Source: Mobula hypostoma (lineage: Eukaryota). From it: a DNA stretch of 64,000 nt. The DNA is taken from the NCBI RefSeq assembly GCF_963921235.1, contig NC_086097.1, forward strand, positions 234,176,001 to 234,240,000, written 5' to 3'. Shown here piece by piece: positions 39,561 through 51,399 of this stretch. Position 1 is the stretch's first letter, and each line of letters begins with the position of its first letter. A program made the position numbers and the translations under genes. Below the pieces are notes generated by a model. The model saw nothing but the letters and a program-made list of their open reading frames with translations, was not told the DNA's origin and searched no databases.

Positions 39561-40583
39561 TATATTACGTGATGTTTTAAGTATTCTTATACTTAAATCT
39601 TCTTGTAATATAGACCAAAACTCATTTGCCTTCTTAACAGTTTGTTGCACCTGTCTGTTTCAGTGATGCACAAGGATAAAACTCTTTGATCCTCTACCAT
39701 CAGGCAGGAGATACCATAGCATTAGGTCTGTGAGAATGGAAAACTGCTTCAATCCTCCATGGCCGTGAGGCTACTGAATTCCCTGCCACTACCCAGGTCT
39801 CATCATTTATGAAGCACCAGTTGTGTTATACCTGAAACCCCTTTTACCAGGTGTCTCCATAGATGTCACTTCATCAGTGGTCCCCAACCACCAGGCCGTG
39901 GACCGGTACTGTGCCGCAAAGCATGTGCTAGCGGGCCGTGAGGAAACGATATGAGTCAGCTGCAGCTTTCCTCATTCCCTGTCATGCACTGTTGAACTTG
40001 AACATAGGGTTGCCAACTGTCCCATATTTGCCGGGACATCCCGTATATTAGGCAAAATTGGTTTGTCCCATACGGGACAGCCCTTCTCCCGTATTTCCCC
40101 TGCTAAGGTAGAGCGTTTCTGTGAAACCTTTCATGCTGAAATGGCATAAAGCGAAGAAGTAATTACCATTAATTTATATGGGAACATTTGTGAGCATTCC
40201 CAGACCCAAAAAATAACGTACCAAATCATACCAAATAACACATAAAACCTAAAATAACAGTAACATATCGTAAAAGCAGGAATGATATGATAAATACACA
40301 GCCTATATAAAGTAGAAATCATGTATGTATAGTGTAGTCGGGAAGATTAAGTCAAAACGGATTTGTGGAAAAAAATCGGCACGTACGTGCATGCGCATGT
40401 CACGCATGCGTACACAGGTGCCCATGCAAGGCTTCGTGGGCATGGTTGTCTTTCTCGGGGTAAACACTGTCCTGTATTTTACTCGCAAACACGAGGAATT
40501 CTGCAGATGCTGGAAATTCAATAACACACATCAAAGTTGCTGGTGAACGCAGCAGGCCAGGCAGCATCTCTAGGAAGAGGTAC

Positions 40584-40619
40584 AGTCGACGTTTCAGGCT
40601 GAGACCCTTTGTCAGGACT
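40584..40619 (-). ncRNA. Minimal hammerhead ribozyme motif, core mutated (CUGACAA)
   Basis: Reverse complement AGTC CTGACAA AGGGTCTCAGCCT GAAACGTC GACT. Confidence 0.6.
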
Positions 40620-41089
40620 AACTGAAAGAAGAGCTAGTAAGAGATTTGAAAGTGGGAGGGGGAGGGGGAGATCCAAAATGATAGGAGAAGACAGGAGGGG
40701 GAGGGATGGAGCCAAGATCTGGACAGGTGATTGGCAAAAGGGATATGAGAGGATCATGGGACAGGAGGCCCAGGGAAAAGGAAAAGGGGGAGGGGGGGAA
40801 AACCCAGAGGATGGGCAAGGGGTATAGTGAAAGGGACAGAGGGAGAAAAAGGAGAGAGAGAGAAAGAATGTGTGTATATAAATAAATAACGGATGGGGTA
40901 CGAGGGGGAGGTGGGGCATTAGCTGAAGTTAGAGAAGTCAATGTTCATGCCATCAGGTTGGAGGCTGCCCAGACGGAATATATGTTGTTCCTCCAACCTG
41001 AGTGTGGCTTCATCTTTACAGTAGAGGAGGCCGTGGATAGACATATCAGAATGGGAATGGGATGTGGAATTAAAATGTGTGGCCACTGG

Positions 41090-42312
41090 GAATTAGTCCC
41101 TACTCTTAATAATTTCTCCCTTAGCTCCTCCCACTTCCTCCAAACTAAAGGTGTAGCTATGGGCACCCGTATGGGTCCCAGCAATGCCTGCCTTTTTGTT
41201 GGCTTTGTGGAACAATCTATGTTCCAAACCTTTTCTGGTATCTGTCCCCCACTTTTCCTTCGCTACATCGACAACTGCATTGGCGCTGCTTCCTGCACGC
41301 ATGCTGAGCTTGTTGACTTCATTAACTTTGCCTCCAACTTTCACCCTGCCCTCAGGTTTACCTGGTCCATTTCCGACACCTCTCTCCCCTTTCTAGATCT
41401 TTCTGTCTCTATCTCTGGAGACAGCTTATCTACTGATGTCTACTATAAGCCTACTGACTCTCACAGCTATCTGGACTATTCCTCTTCTCACCCTGTCTCT
41501 TGCAAAAATGCCATCCCCTTCTCGTAATTCCTCCGTCTCCACCGCATCTGCTCTCAGGATGAGGCTTTTCATTCCAGGACATGGGAGGTGTCCTTTTTTA
41601 AAGAAAGGGGCTTCCCTTCCTCCACCATCAACTCTGCTGTCAAACGCATCTCCCCCATTTCACGCACATCTGCTCTCACTCCATCTTCCCACCACCCCAC
41701 TAGGAATAGGGTTCCCCTGGTCCTCACCTACCACCTCACCAGCCTTCGGGTCCAACGTATTATTCTCCGTAACTTTCACCACCTCCAACGGGATCCCACC
41801 ACTAAACATATCTTCCCCCTCCCCTGCTTTCCACAGGGATCAACTCCCTTGTCCATTCGTTCCCCCCCCCATCCCTCCCCACTGATCTCCCTCCTGACAC
41901 TTATCCTTGTAAGTGGAACAAGTGCTACACATGCCCTTACACTTCCTCCCTTACCACCATTCAGGGCCCAAGACAATCCTTCCAGGTGAGGCGACACTTC
42001 ACCTGTGAGTCGGCTGGGGTGATATACTGCGTCCGGTGCTCCCGATGTGGCCTTCTATATATTGGCGAGACCCGACGCAGACTGGGAGATTGTTTTGCTG
42101 AACACCTACGCTCTGTACGCCAGAGAAAGCAGGATCTCCCAGTGGCCACACATTTTAATTCCACATCCCATTCCCATTCTGATATGTCTATCCACGGCCT
42201 TCTCTACTGTAAAGATGAAGCCACACTCAGGTTGGAGGAACAACACCTTATATTCCGTCTGGGTAGCCTCCAACCTGATGGCATGAACATTGACTTCTCT
42301 AACTTCCGCTAA
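41090..42312 (+). pseudogene. PLE RT C-half + GIY-YIG endonuclease (stops and frameshifts)
   Basis: ORFs 40958-41527, 41588-41989 and 41986-42312 (CESAGVIYCVRCSRCGLLYIGETRRRLGDCFAEH..PDGMN). Confidence 0.9.
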
Positions 42313-42611
42313 TGCCCCACCTCCCCCTTGTACCCCATCCGTTATTTATTTATATATTCACATTCTTTCTCTCTCTCTCCTTTTTCTCCCTCTGTCCCTC
42401 TGACTATACCCCTTGCCCATCCTCTGGGTTTTTCCCCCCTCCCCCTTTTCCTTCTCCCTGGGCCTCCTATCACATGATCCTCTCATATCCCTTTTGCCAA
42501 TCACCTGTCCAACTCTTGGCTCCATCCCTCCCCCTCCTGTCTTCTCCTATCATTTCGGATCTCCCCCTCCCCCTCCCACTTTCAAATCTCTTACTAGCTC
42601 TTCCTTCAGTT

Positions 42612-42647
42612 AGTCCTGACGAAGGGTCTCGGCCCAAAACGTCGACT
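42612..42647 (+). ncRNA. Minimal hammerhead ribozyme motif, core mutated (AAAA for GAAA)
   Basis: AGTC CTGACGA AGGGTCTCGGCCC AAAACGTC GACT. Confidence 0.62.
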
Positions 42648-43169
42648 GTACCTCTTCCTAGAGATGCTGCCTGGCCTGCTGCGTTCACCAGCAACTTTGA
42701 TGTGTGTTGCCCGTATTTGACTGCTACTTTTGTCCCTTATTTGGGAGCGAGAAAGTTGGCAACCCTAACTCTAAAAGACATGTTGAGGTGAGTTTAACCC
42801 TACTTGAACACCACCCCCCCACCCCCACCGGGTCGGCCGGTCCTCAAGAATATTGTCAATATTAAACCGGTCCGTGGTGCTAAAAAGGTTGGGGACCCCT
42901 GAACTTGATAACCCCTCGCTAACCGCCGTTGGACTCAGCAGTGAAAAAAATCACCTTTCCCAGGCTCCGTACAACCAGGGTAGAGATGACTTGGGTCCCA
43001 CCAAACCCAGGAAGTTGGGATGTCTAGCCCACTTGAACCCCGATCTGTGAATACTGGCCCATGCAATCACTCGTGGGGAAGAAATAGCGGACCATACATT
43101 GCATAAAGTAAGGATATCTATGAATGTTAACTTAACCAAACTGTTACTAAAGAAGAAAAAAAAAGAGCT

Positions 43170-44308
43170 CATCATAATTGCAGGAAAGTTACTAACATGA
43201 TTGCTTTCAAAGTTACTAACATGATAACATGATTGGCTAATTGGTAGGAGGCAGCGAATGGGCATAAAATGATCCTTTTCTGATTTGCTACCAGTGAATA
43301 GTAGTGTTCCACAGGGGTTGGTGTTGGGACCACTTCTTTTTATGCTGTATATAAATGACTTAGATGATAGAATAGATGGCTTTGTTACCAAGTTTTCAGA
43401 AGGTACAAAGATTGGTGGAGGGGCAGGTAGTGACAGGTGGAATGCAGAAGGACTTAGGAAGATTAGGAGAATGGGCAAGAAAGTGGCAAATAAAACATAA
43501 TGTTTGAAAATGCATTGTCATGCACTTTGGTAGTAGAAATAAATGTGTGGACTATTTTCTAAACAGGGAGAAAATCCAGGAATCTGAGATGCAGAGGGAC
43601 TTGGGAGTCCTTGTGCAGTACACCATGAAGGTTAACTTGCAAATTGAGTCAGTGGTGAGGAAGGCAAATGCCATGTTAGCATTCATTTCAAGAGGTCTAG
43701 AATACAAGAGCAAGGATGTGATGCTGAAGTTTTATAAGGCACTGGTGAGGCCTCACCTTGAGTATTGTGAACAGTTTTGGACCCCACATCTTAGAAAAGA
43801 TGTGCTGACATTGGAGAGGGTCCAGAGGAGGTTCATAAGGTTGATTCCAGGAATGAAAGGATTATCATATGAGAAACGTTTGATGGCTCTGGGTCTGTAC
43901 ATGCTGGAATTCAGAAGAATGAGGAGGGACCTCATTGAAATTTTTCAAATATTGAAAGATCTAGACAGAGTAGATGAGCAAAGGATGTTTCCCATGGTGG
44001 GAGAGTCTAGGACAAGAGGGCACAGCCTCTGGATAGAGGGGCGCCCTTTCAAAATAGACACGAAAAAATTTCTTTAGCCAAAGGGTGGTGAATTTGTGGA
44101 ACTTGTTGCCACATGCAGCTGTGGAGGCCAGGCCATTGGGTGTATTTAAGGCAGAGATCGATAGGTTCTTGATTGGGCACGGCATCAAAGGTTACAAGGA
44201 GAAGGCCGGGAACTGGGGTTGAGGAGGAGATAGAAAAAAAGGCGGAGCAGACTGAATGGGCCAGATGGCCTAACTCTGCTCCTATGTCTTATGGTTTTAT
44301 GGTCTTAT
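43170..44308 (+). mobile_element. CR1 3' fragment
   Basis: ORFs 43285-43500 (SVPQGLVLGPLLF) and 43520-44077 (LVRPHLEYC), plus tail. Confidence 0.9.
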
Positions 44309-46639
44309 AATTAAAACAGTCAAATGTGCAGGTTGGAGCTCAAATCTTCCAAAAGTTGAAGTGACCAATATACTCACAACACCAACTCCTATTCACTGAT
44401 CACCAGTACAATTTCCCCTCTAGGACTCCATCGAATTGCGCGTTCCCGTTGGATCGAATCTTACGGCCAGTTCTCTCAAGCTTCTTCTCTCTCCATTTCC
44501 CACTGAAAAAAGACCTCAACCCACCTCAGTGTCCATCACAAATCCTCTCCACCCAGTGTACTCTAGAACCTTCTCCCAATTCCACTATCCTGACTGGATG
44601 ACATGTCATTTCTAAGCATGACCATCAGAGCCTATTAAATATACTATTTAAATAGTAATGTGGCTGGGAGGAACCAGGTACAAAGGCAATGTTTAAGAGA
44701 CATTTAGATAGAGACATGAGGAGGCAGGGTATGGAGGATATAGACTATATGCAGGCAGATGTAATTGGTTTAAATTGACATCATGGCTGGCACAAACACT
44801 GTGTATTGAAGGAATTTTTCCTGTGCTTTACTGTTTTGTGCTCTATACACACTCAGTGGGAATGTATCCCAATTTGAAAGAGCAATTCCACGAGAAAGAG
44901 ACATAACCTATGGTTAATGAATAAGAACAAGTGTCGTGTTAAATTGAAAAGTAGAGCAGGTAAAGTTACAAAGGGTAAGCCAGAGGAATGAGAGGATTTA
45001 AAAATCCTGTAGTGAAAGACTAAAAAATCTCATAAGAAGGGACAAATTTGATGTTGACAGAAAAGAACCAGCAAGAGATTCCGTCGATATGTAAGTGAGA
45101 AGAACATGGCTAAGATAAATGTGGGACCTCTAGAATGAGGCTGGTGAATCAATTTCAGGCAAACATTGGCAGATATGTTAAATCAATTTTTTTTCTCATT
45201 CTTCTTCATGCCGGGTACTATTAATATCTCAAGGATAACAGACAGGCTAATTTTAAAATAACATGGAACAATGATGTTAAAATCCCAACCACAAGGGATG
45301 AAGTATTAGAGAAACATGGGTTTAAAGGTGGACTTGATGCCAAGGATCCATGAGTTTTAAAGGAAGTGGCTCCAGAGTTGTGCACACGAGTTGAAAATTT
45401 TCAAAACTCTCTAAATTCTGCAGGCTATCTGAAGATTAAAAAACAGAGAGTGCGATTTCCTGACTATCGTTACTTTCATTCCTGTTCATACACAACTAAT
45501 AATGTAGAACCACTGTCAGATTCCATTGTCACTCACTTTCCTACAAAGCATTCTGATAGCTGGAAGGGTACGGTAGACTTTTGACTTCCTGTGGACAATC
45601 CGAATGACTTAGTCATTACTTTCTTTACCAAATACATATCCACAGTAGCCTTCGTGATAAACTTTGTATCTTTTAGTTATAAATTTGAATTCAAATAAAC
45701 TATGGATAAAAATTCCACTGAAGCTCTGTTATGGCAAACACATTCAGTCTGTACTGATAAGCCCAATCTCTTGTGTTGTCGCAGCAAAAAACATCATCCC
45801 TCTATCCTTTTCCCAAAAATGACAAGGAACTCGATTCTGCCTTATTAACAACTGGAATTTCACTGGGTGATATTTCAAATTCAATACTTGTCCCAAGGTT
45901 GTTTTCATTGCCTGGGCAACATCAAATAACTGCTTAAAACTTAGTTTTTTTTCTCAGTGAGCTGCCTCTTCTGGGTAAACACATCACGGGTTTAACAAAA
46001 TCTCCTCCAAATGTACCATACCTGTCTAGGAATCTGTTTTAAATCAGCAAAGAGCTTTACTCTGTGTGAGTATTAACTCTGACCGCTTCAATAGAGGACT
46101 GAGGAGCTGCCCACTCAGTTTGTTCAACTATTTAACCAACTCTTTAAATGTCTCATCTTCTGATTGTATAACAATAATAATTTATTTATAGAGCATTTTT
46201 CATACAGACAATGTACTTTACAATGGGATAAAGTGCAAACGTGAAAACAGCAAACAAAAAGATATAGTTAAAAGCAAGGTTAAATATCTAGGTTTTGAGC
46301 TGCATCCTTTGTAGTTTTAGGTATAAAATTCCACAGTTTGAGACAGTAGTTAAAAAGAAAGCTCTTTTATGGGCAATTGTTTAAATTTAGCAGACCAACA
46401 GAAGAAGAAATGTGAGCAGGCTTATAACTCAAGAGAAAATAACTTTAGATTGAAGCTATATTGTTTGCAAATAATTGGATACTATAACTTAGACCATAAG
46501 ACAATAAGACATAGGCTAAGAATTAGGTCATTTGGCCCAATGAGTCTGCTCCACCATTCCATCATGGCTGATTTATTATCCTTTACAACCCCATTCTCCT
46601 ACCTTCTCCCCATAACCTTTTACATCATTACTAATCATA

Positions 46640-47650
46640 GAATCACCTCATTCTATTCACATGGCACAGGCAATAATCCCGAGATTAGTACCTTTGAGGC
46701 CCTGCTTCTCAACTTCCTTCCTAACTCCCTGTAGTCTGTTTTCAGGACCTCCTCCTTTTTCCTACCTACGTTGTTGGTACCACTATGTGCTGCGACCTCT
46801 GGCTGTTCTCCTTCAAACTTCAGGATATCATGGATGCGATCAGAAACATCTGGGACTTTGGCACCTGGGAGGCAAGCATTAAGTACCTCTGCTATCCGTG
46901 TTTTTTTCCTGCATCCCCAGAATCTCCTATCTGACCACCTAACTATAGAGTCCCCTATCACTGCTGCCATCCTCTTCCTTTCTCTGCCTTTCTGAGCCAC
47001 AGGACCAGTCTCTGTACCAGAGGTGTAGCCACTGTTGCTTCCCCCAGGTAGACCATCCCCCCCAGCAGTACTAAAACAGGAGCATTTATTGTTAAGGGGG
47101 ACAGCCATAGGGGTACTCTGTAGTATCTGACTCTTGCCCTTCCCTCTCCTGACTGTTACCCACTTATCTGTCTCCCGAGACCCCCGTGTGACTACTTGCC
47201 TATAGCTCCTCTCTATCAACTCAGTCTCCCTGACCAGATGAAGGTCATTGAGCTGCATCTCCAGTTCCCTAACCCAGTCCCTAAGCAGCTGCAGCTCTAC
47301 GCACCTGGCCATCCGGGAGGCTGGGAGTCTCCTGGACATCCCGCATCTGACTGCCAGTACAGAACATCGACCTCTCACACATTCTTCCTGTCTGTATTCT
47401 ACACAGGCAACCTACCTGCCCTCGACCCGTTACCACCAATGCCTCGTAGACCCAAAGCCCTTCTACTCTGTCTCCCTCTACTCCAGTGCCCTCTATAAAG
47501 TTGTCTTCTTTTTAAACTCTTCTCGCTGTTCAAATTGGCTGATGTCCACGGGCTTGCTCCATCGTCAGCCTCAATCAAACCGCTGAAGAAGTAACTGTCT
47601 CCTTTTAAACTCCTCTCACTGTTCTAACTGGCTGATGTCCACGCGCTTCC
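46640..47650 (-). mobile_element. CR1 5' UTR + ORF1 (zinc finger/coiled coil + SGNH esterase) fragment, lying inside a CR1 3'-tail fragment (46492-46637, 47655-47775)
   Basis: ORF 46653-47378: CVELQLLRDWVRELE, AVIGDSIVR, CLPGAKV, HSGTNN, VLISGLLPVP. Confidence 0.82.
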
Positions 47651-48329
47651 ATGAGCCAATCAACTTCCACTTTAAATATACCCAATGACTTCACTTCCAC
47701 AGCTGTCTGTGGCAATGAACTCCACATATTTTCCGCCCTCTGGCTAAGGAAATTTTTCCTCATCTCTGCTCTAAATTTGTTACGTATTTATTTGTGGATG
47801 CCAGGAAAAAAATTGGTGATGAAGGAAGAAATGTTTACGAAGGCAGTCATGTTCATAAAACAAAATGAGTGAATGTAGCAATCAATTGAAGCAAATGCTG
47901 CTTCGCCTGCGATTGCGGATAAGGGTTAAAGTCTTGGGACAGATGGGCAAGAAGATGTTTGAGAAGATAAATGTGTCTGAGGGTAACTTCTGGAATCATT
48001 TATTTTGTAAGCCCAATTTTCTCCGTTGTTTGTACATCTGTTAGGTCCTATTATATTTTCTTTCTGTGCATTTTGCCAGTCATGAAAAGTCATTTTAAAA
48101 TAGAATGCTAGTTTCTCATGCAGCTGAGTGATATTCAAAGGACATATTGAAACATGAATTGACATGCATTCAAAAGAGGTTCCAAATTTAGCTCAGCACT
48201 AAATCAGCGTGTATTTTCCCTGTTGTAATTTGAATGGAATATCTCAGTACTTATGTTGTTATGGAACTGTTGGGAGGCCAGGTTTCAGAATTAACTTGGC
48301 TGAATTTTAACAAGCATTGTCCCTGGGTG

Positions 48330-48770
48330 TCAGGGACCCCTGTCACCCAGGTCATGCTCTCTTGTCGCTGCTGCCATTGGGAAGAAGATCCAGGAGCCTC
48401 AGGACCCACACCACCCTGTTCAGGAACAGTTATTACCCTCTCAGCCATCAGGCTCTTGAAACAAATGGGATAACTTCACTCAACTTTACTTACCCCATCA
48501 CTGAAATGTTCCCACATCCTGTGGACTCACTTTCAAGAACTTACCATCTCACTTTCTTTATATTTATTATTTATTTACTGTTATTATTTCTTTCTTTTTG
48601 TACTTGCAAATTTTATTTTATTTTGCACACTGCTTGAATGTCCATTTGGTATGGTCTTTCATTGATTCCATTAGGGTTATTATACTATTATGGATTAATT
48701 AAGCACGCCTGCGAGTAAATGATTCTCAAGGTTGTATATGATGACATATATGTACTTTGAGCTTTGAACT
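48330..48770 (+). mobile_element. Rex1/Babar 3' fragment
   Basis: HPGHALLSLLPLGRRSRSLRTHTTLFRNSYYP and tail tttgagctttgaac. Confidence 0.75.
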
Positions 48771-50456
48771 TCTGGCATTGGTTGTGTGGCATGGGGACGG
48801 TGTGTGGGTGGGATTGAAGTCACTAGAAGTTACAGCTTCTCGTGAAACCACTTCCGAGTGAGATTACCCCAGAGCATGACAGGCAATGTACAAGAGACCT
48901 TATTAGGGAAATGGAGTCATTTTCACTGAAGGTAAAGGAAGATATTGTAGTTCTGCAGCATGTCTGCGCTGCAGTGTCTCAGTAGGCTTGGGGATTCATG
49001 CCAAGTGGCAGAGATAATTCATCGGTGACAGGCCCTGCTGCCAAATGGTCATGGTTGGCACATGTAATTAGTAGCTGTCAACTTCACCCTCAACTTACTG
49101 GTCTCCATATCCTTCCAAGCTTCTGCCTGAGGTACCAGCCAGGTCTTGGACATGAATACCCATGTATGGCATTTGCAGGGGACCAGTAGCTCGTTTGGCA
49201 GGGCAGCTGGTTTGGCCAAGTCTGTTTACGAAGCCACCAGGCTGGATGAACATGCTCTGGGGCTGTGGATGGCTTCTCCAAGATGATTTACCACATGCAT
49301 GGAAGATCAAAGGAAGTATTAAAGATTAGCTTTATCTGTCACATGTACTTTTAAACATACAGAGAAATTCATCATTTGCGTCAACGCCAGACACATTCTG
49401 AATATGTGCTGGGGGCAGCTCACAAATGTCGCCAGGCTTCCAGTGCCAACGTGGCATGCCCACTTCTGAGCAACCCTAACCCGTATTGCAATGTGGGAGG
49501 AAACCCAAGTGGTTACGAGGAGAACACACAAACTCCTTAGAGACAGCAGCATGAATGGAACCCTGATCAGTGATCACTGTAATGGCCCTATGCTAACTGC
49601 TACACAGCTTCTCAAAGCCCAACCCTATGTCCCTGTCGTGAGAGGTAGAAATGGGTAAAGCCGGACAACATGGCTCTGGTGAAGTTATATAGACCAGTCT
49701 CCTGTGCAATGGATACAAACAACTGCAGAAACACTCATGAACTCTAACTATATTATTGACTTTGGATGATGGAAATGGGAGGTCATCACTGGCCTATAAT
49801 ATGGTCGGGTCACTCGTCTGAGTGCTACTGGTACCATGTGACCCAGTACTACCTGTCGCATGGTCGGGTGGTCGGCCACTAAACCGGCTCCCCCACCAGG
49901 CTTGCCTGGGGAGGAGGGTGGCTAGACACCCTGCAGAACAAAAAACAAGACCTGTCAAAGGGCGGATGAACCCTCTCGTAGGGTCAACAGCCATCTAGCA
50001 AACACGTGCCGTGAAGCGCGGAAAGGGCATCCCTTGCATCGAAGCTCGGTCTGGCCATTCACTGCAACAGAACTTCCCCCAGCCGTCTTGGACCCCACCA
50101 TGCCGCTGGATCCGGGAGGGGATGTCGAGAGGGTGGGTCTGGACCTGTGCAACCCCCTACTCACCTAAAATCCACTCACGCACACGCTGTTCCTTTCTGA
50201 GGAGTGGGGTACCACCCCACTAACTGACTGAAAGAAACCATCATCATCCTATGGGATGGATAGCCAGAGAGAGAGAGACGATCCACTGGAAGCTAAGGAC
50301 CTAAGAAGCAGAAGAACTGCTACAGAAAACATGGAAGGCAAGGCATCGCAGTTAGAACATAGAACATAGAACAGTACAGGCCCTTCGGCCCACAATATTA
50401 TGCCAACCCTTAAACCCTGCCTCCCATATAACCCCCCACCTTAAATTCCTCCATAT

Positions 50457-50690
50457 TGATGCACCTTCAATTACTCCAAAAGACTGGAAGTAGGGTAAAT
50501 ACTGAAAGGCTTTTATTCGCAGTAAAATGTGACCTCCATGCTGAGTGTCTGCCCCTGGACTGAGGAGGAAGAGCAAAGGCGAAATCGCCTTTATTCAGGG
50601 GTCTGTGGGAGGAGTCACAGGGGCAGTCAGCAGAGGGGCGTGTCCAGACAGGTAACCCAGTTACAACATACATATATATAGTTTGCCACA
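50457..50690 (-). mobile_element. Solo LTR (Gypsy-like), 234 bp
   Basis: TG...CA ends. 4-bp TSD ATAT at 50453-50456 and 50691-50694. AATAAA on the minus strand. Confidence 0.72.
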
Positions 50691-50732
50691 ATATACCTGT
50701 CCTGTAATCTCATAAATTTCACTAGTGCATCT

Positions 50733-51399
50733 TTTGTGAGTCTGTTGGGGTCATCTATTGCATCCAGTGCTCCCGGTGCGGCCTCCTCTACATCGGTGAA
50801 ACCCGACGCAGATTGGGGGACCGCTTCGTCGAGCACCTCCACTCCGTCCACCAAAACAGACAGGATCTCCCAGTAGCCACCCACTTCAACTCTGCTTCCC
50901 ACTCTCATTCAGCTATGTCCATACATGGCCTCCTCTACTGCCATGGTGAGGCCAAACTCAGGTTGGAGGAGCAACACCTCATATACCGTCTAGGTAGTCT
51001 TCAGCCCCTTGGTATGAACATAGAATTCTCCAACTTCCGATAATTCTCTCCCCCTCCCTTCCCCTATCCCTATGTCACTCTGCCCCCTGCCCCAGCTGCC
51101 TACCACCTCCCTCTTGGTTCCGTCTCCTTCTACTACCCATTGTGTTTTCCCCTATTCTTTCTTCACCTTTCCTGCCTATCAACTCCTTGCTTCCCTTCCC
51201 CCACCCCTTTAATTTCCCCTTACTGGTTTTTCACCTGGAACCTACCAGCCTTCTCCTTCCCATCCTCCCCCCACCTTCTTTATAGGGCCTCTGCCCCTTC
51301 CCCCTACAGTCCTGACGAAGGGTTCCGGCACGAAACGTAAACTGATCATTTCCACGGATGCTGCCCGACCTGCTGAGTTCCTCCAGCGTGTTGTGAGTG
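50733..51399 (+). mobile_element. PLE 3' fragment (GIY-YIG + 3' UTR + hammerhead), no inverted arm
   Basis: GLLYIGETRRRLGDRFVEH..PLGMN. Perfect 14-bp TSD TCACTAGTGCATCT at 50719-50732 and 51400-51413. Confidence 0.9.
51308..51344 (+). ncRNA. Hammerhead-like motif (core boxes intact, stem mismatches)
   Basis: AGTC CTGACGA AGGGTTCCGGCAC GAAACGTA AACTG. Confidence 0.55.

Larger units (their letters stand above)
40484..42709. mobile_element. Neptune-type Penelope-like element with ~600-bp inverted 3' arm
   Basis: The minus arm 40484-~41089 mirrors ~42137-42709. The plus arm encodes RT (GVAMGTRMGP, FLRYIDN, LPFLDL, YYKPTD), a Cys linker and GIY-YIG. TSD CCTGTATTTTACT (40471-40483) / CCCGTATTTGACT (42710-42722). 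Confidence 0.92.
40005..42802. mobile_element. hAT (Blackjack-like) non-autonomous element, middle layer
   Basis: TIR TAGGGTTGCCAAC at 40005 and GTTGGCAACCCTA at 42755-42767. Perfect 8-bp TSD CTTGAACA at 39997-40004 and 42803-42810. Confidence 0.78.
39875..42901. mobile_element. hAT (Charlie/MER1-like) MITE, outer layer of nest
   Basis: TIRs CAGTGGTCCCCAACC / GGTTGGGGACCCCTG. TSD cacttcat / aacttgat (6 of 8 match). Confidence 0.75.
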
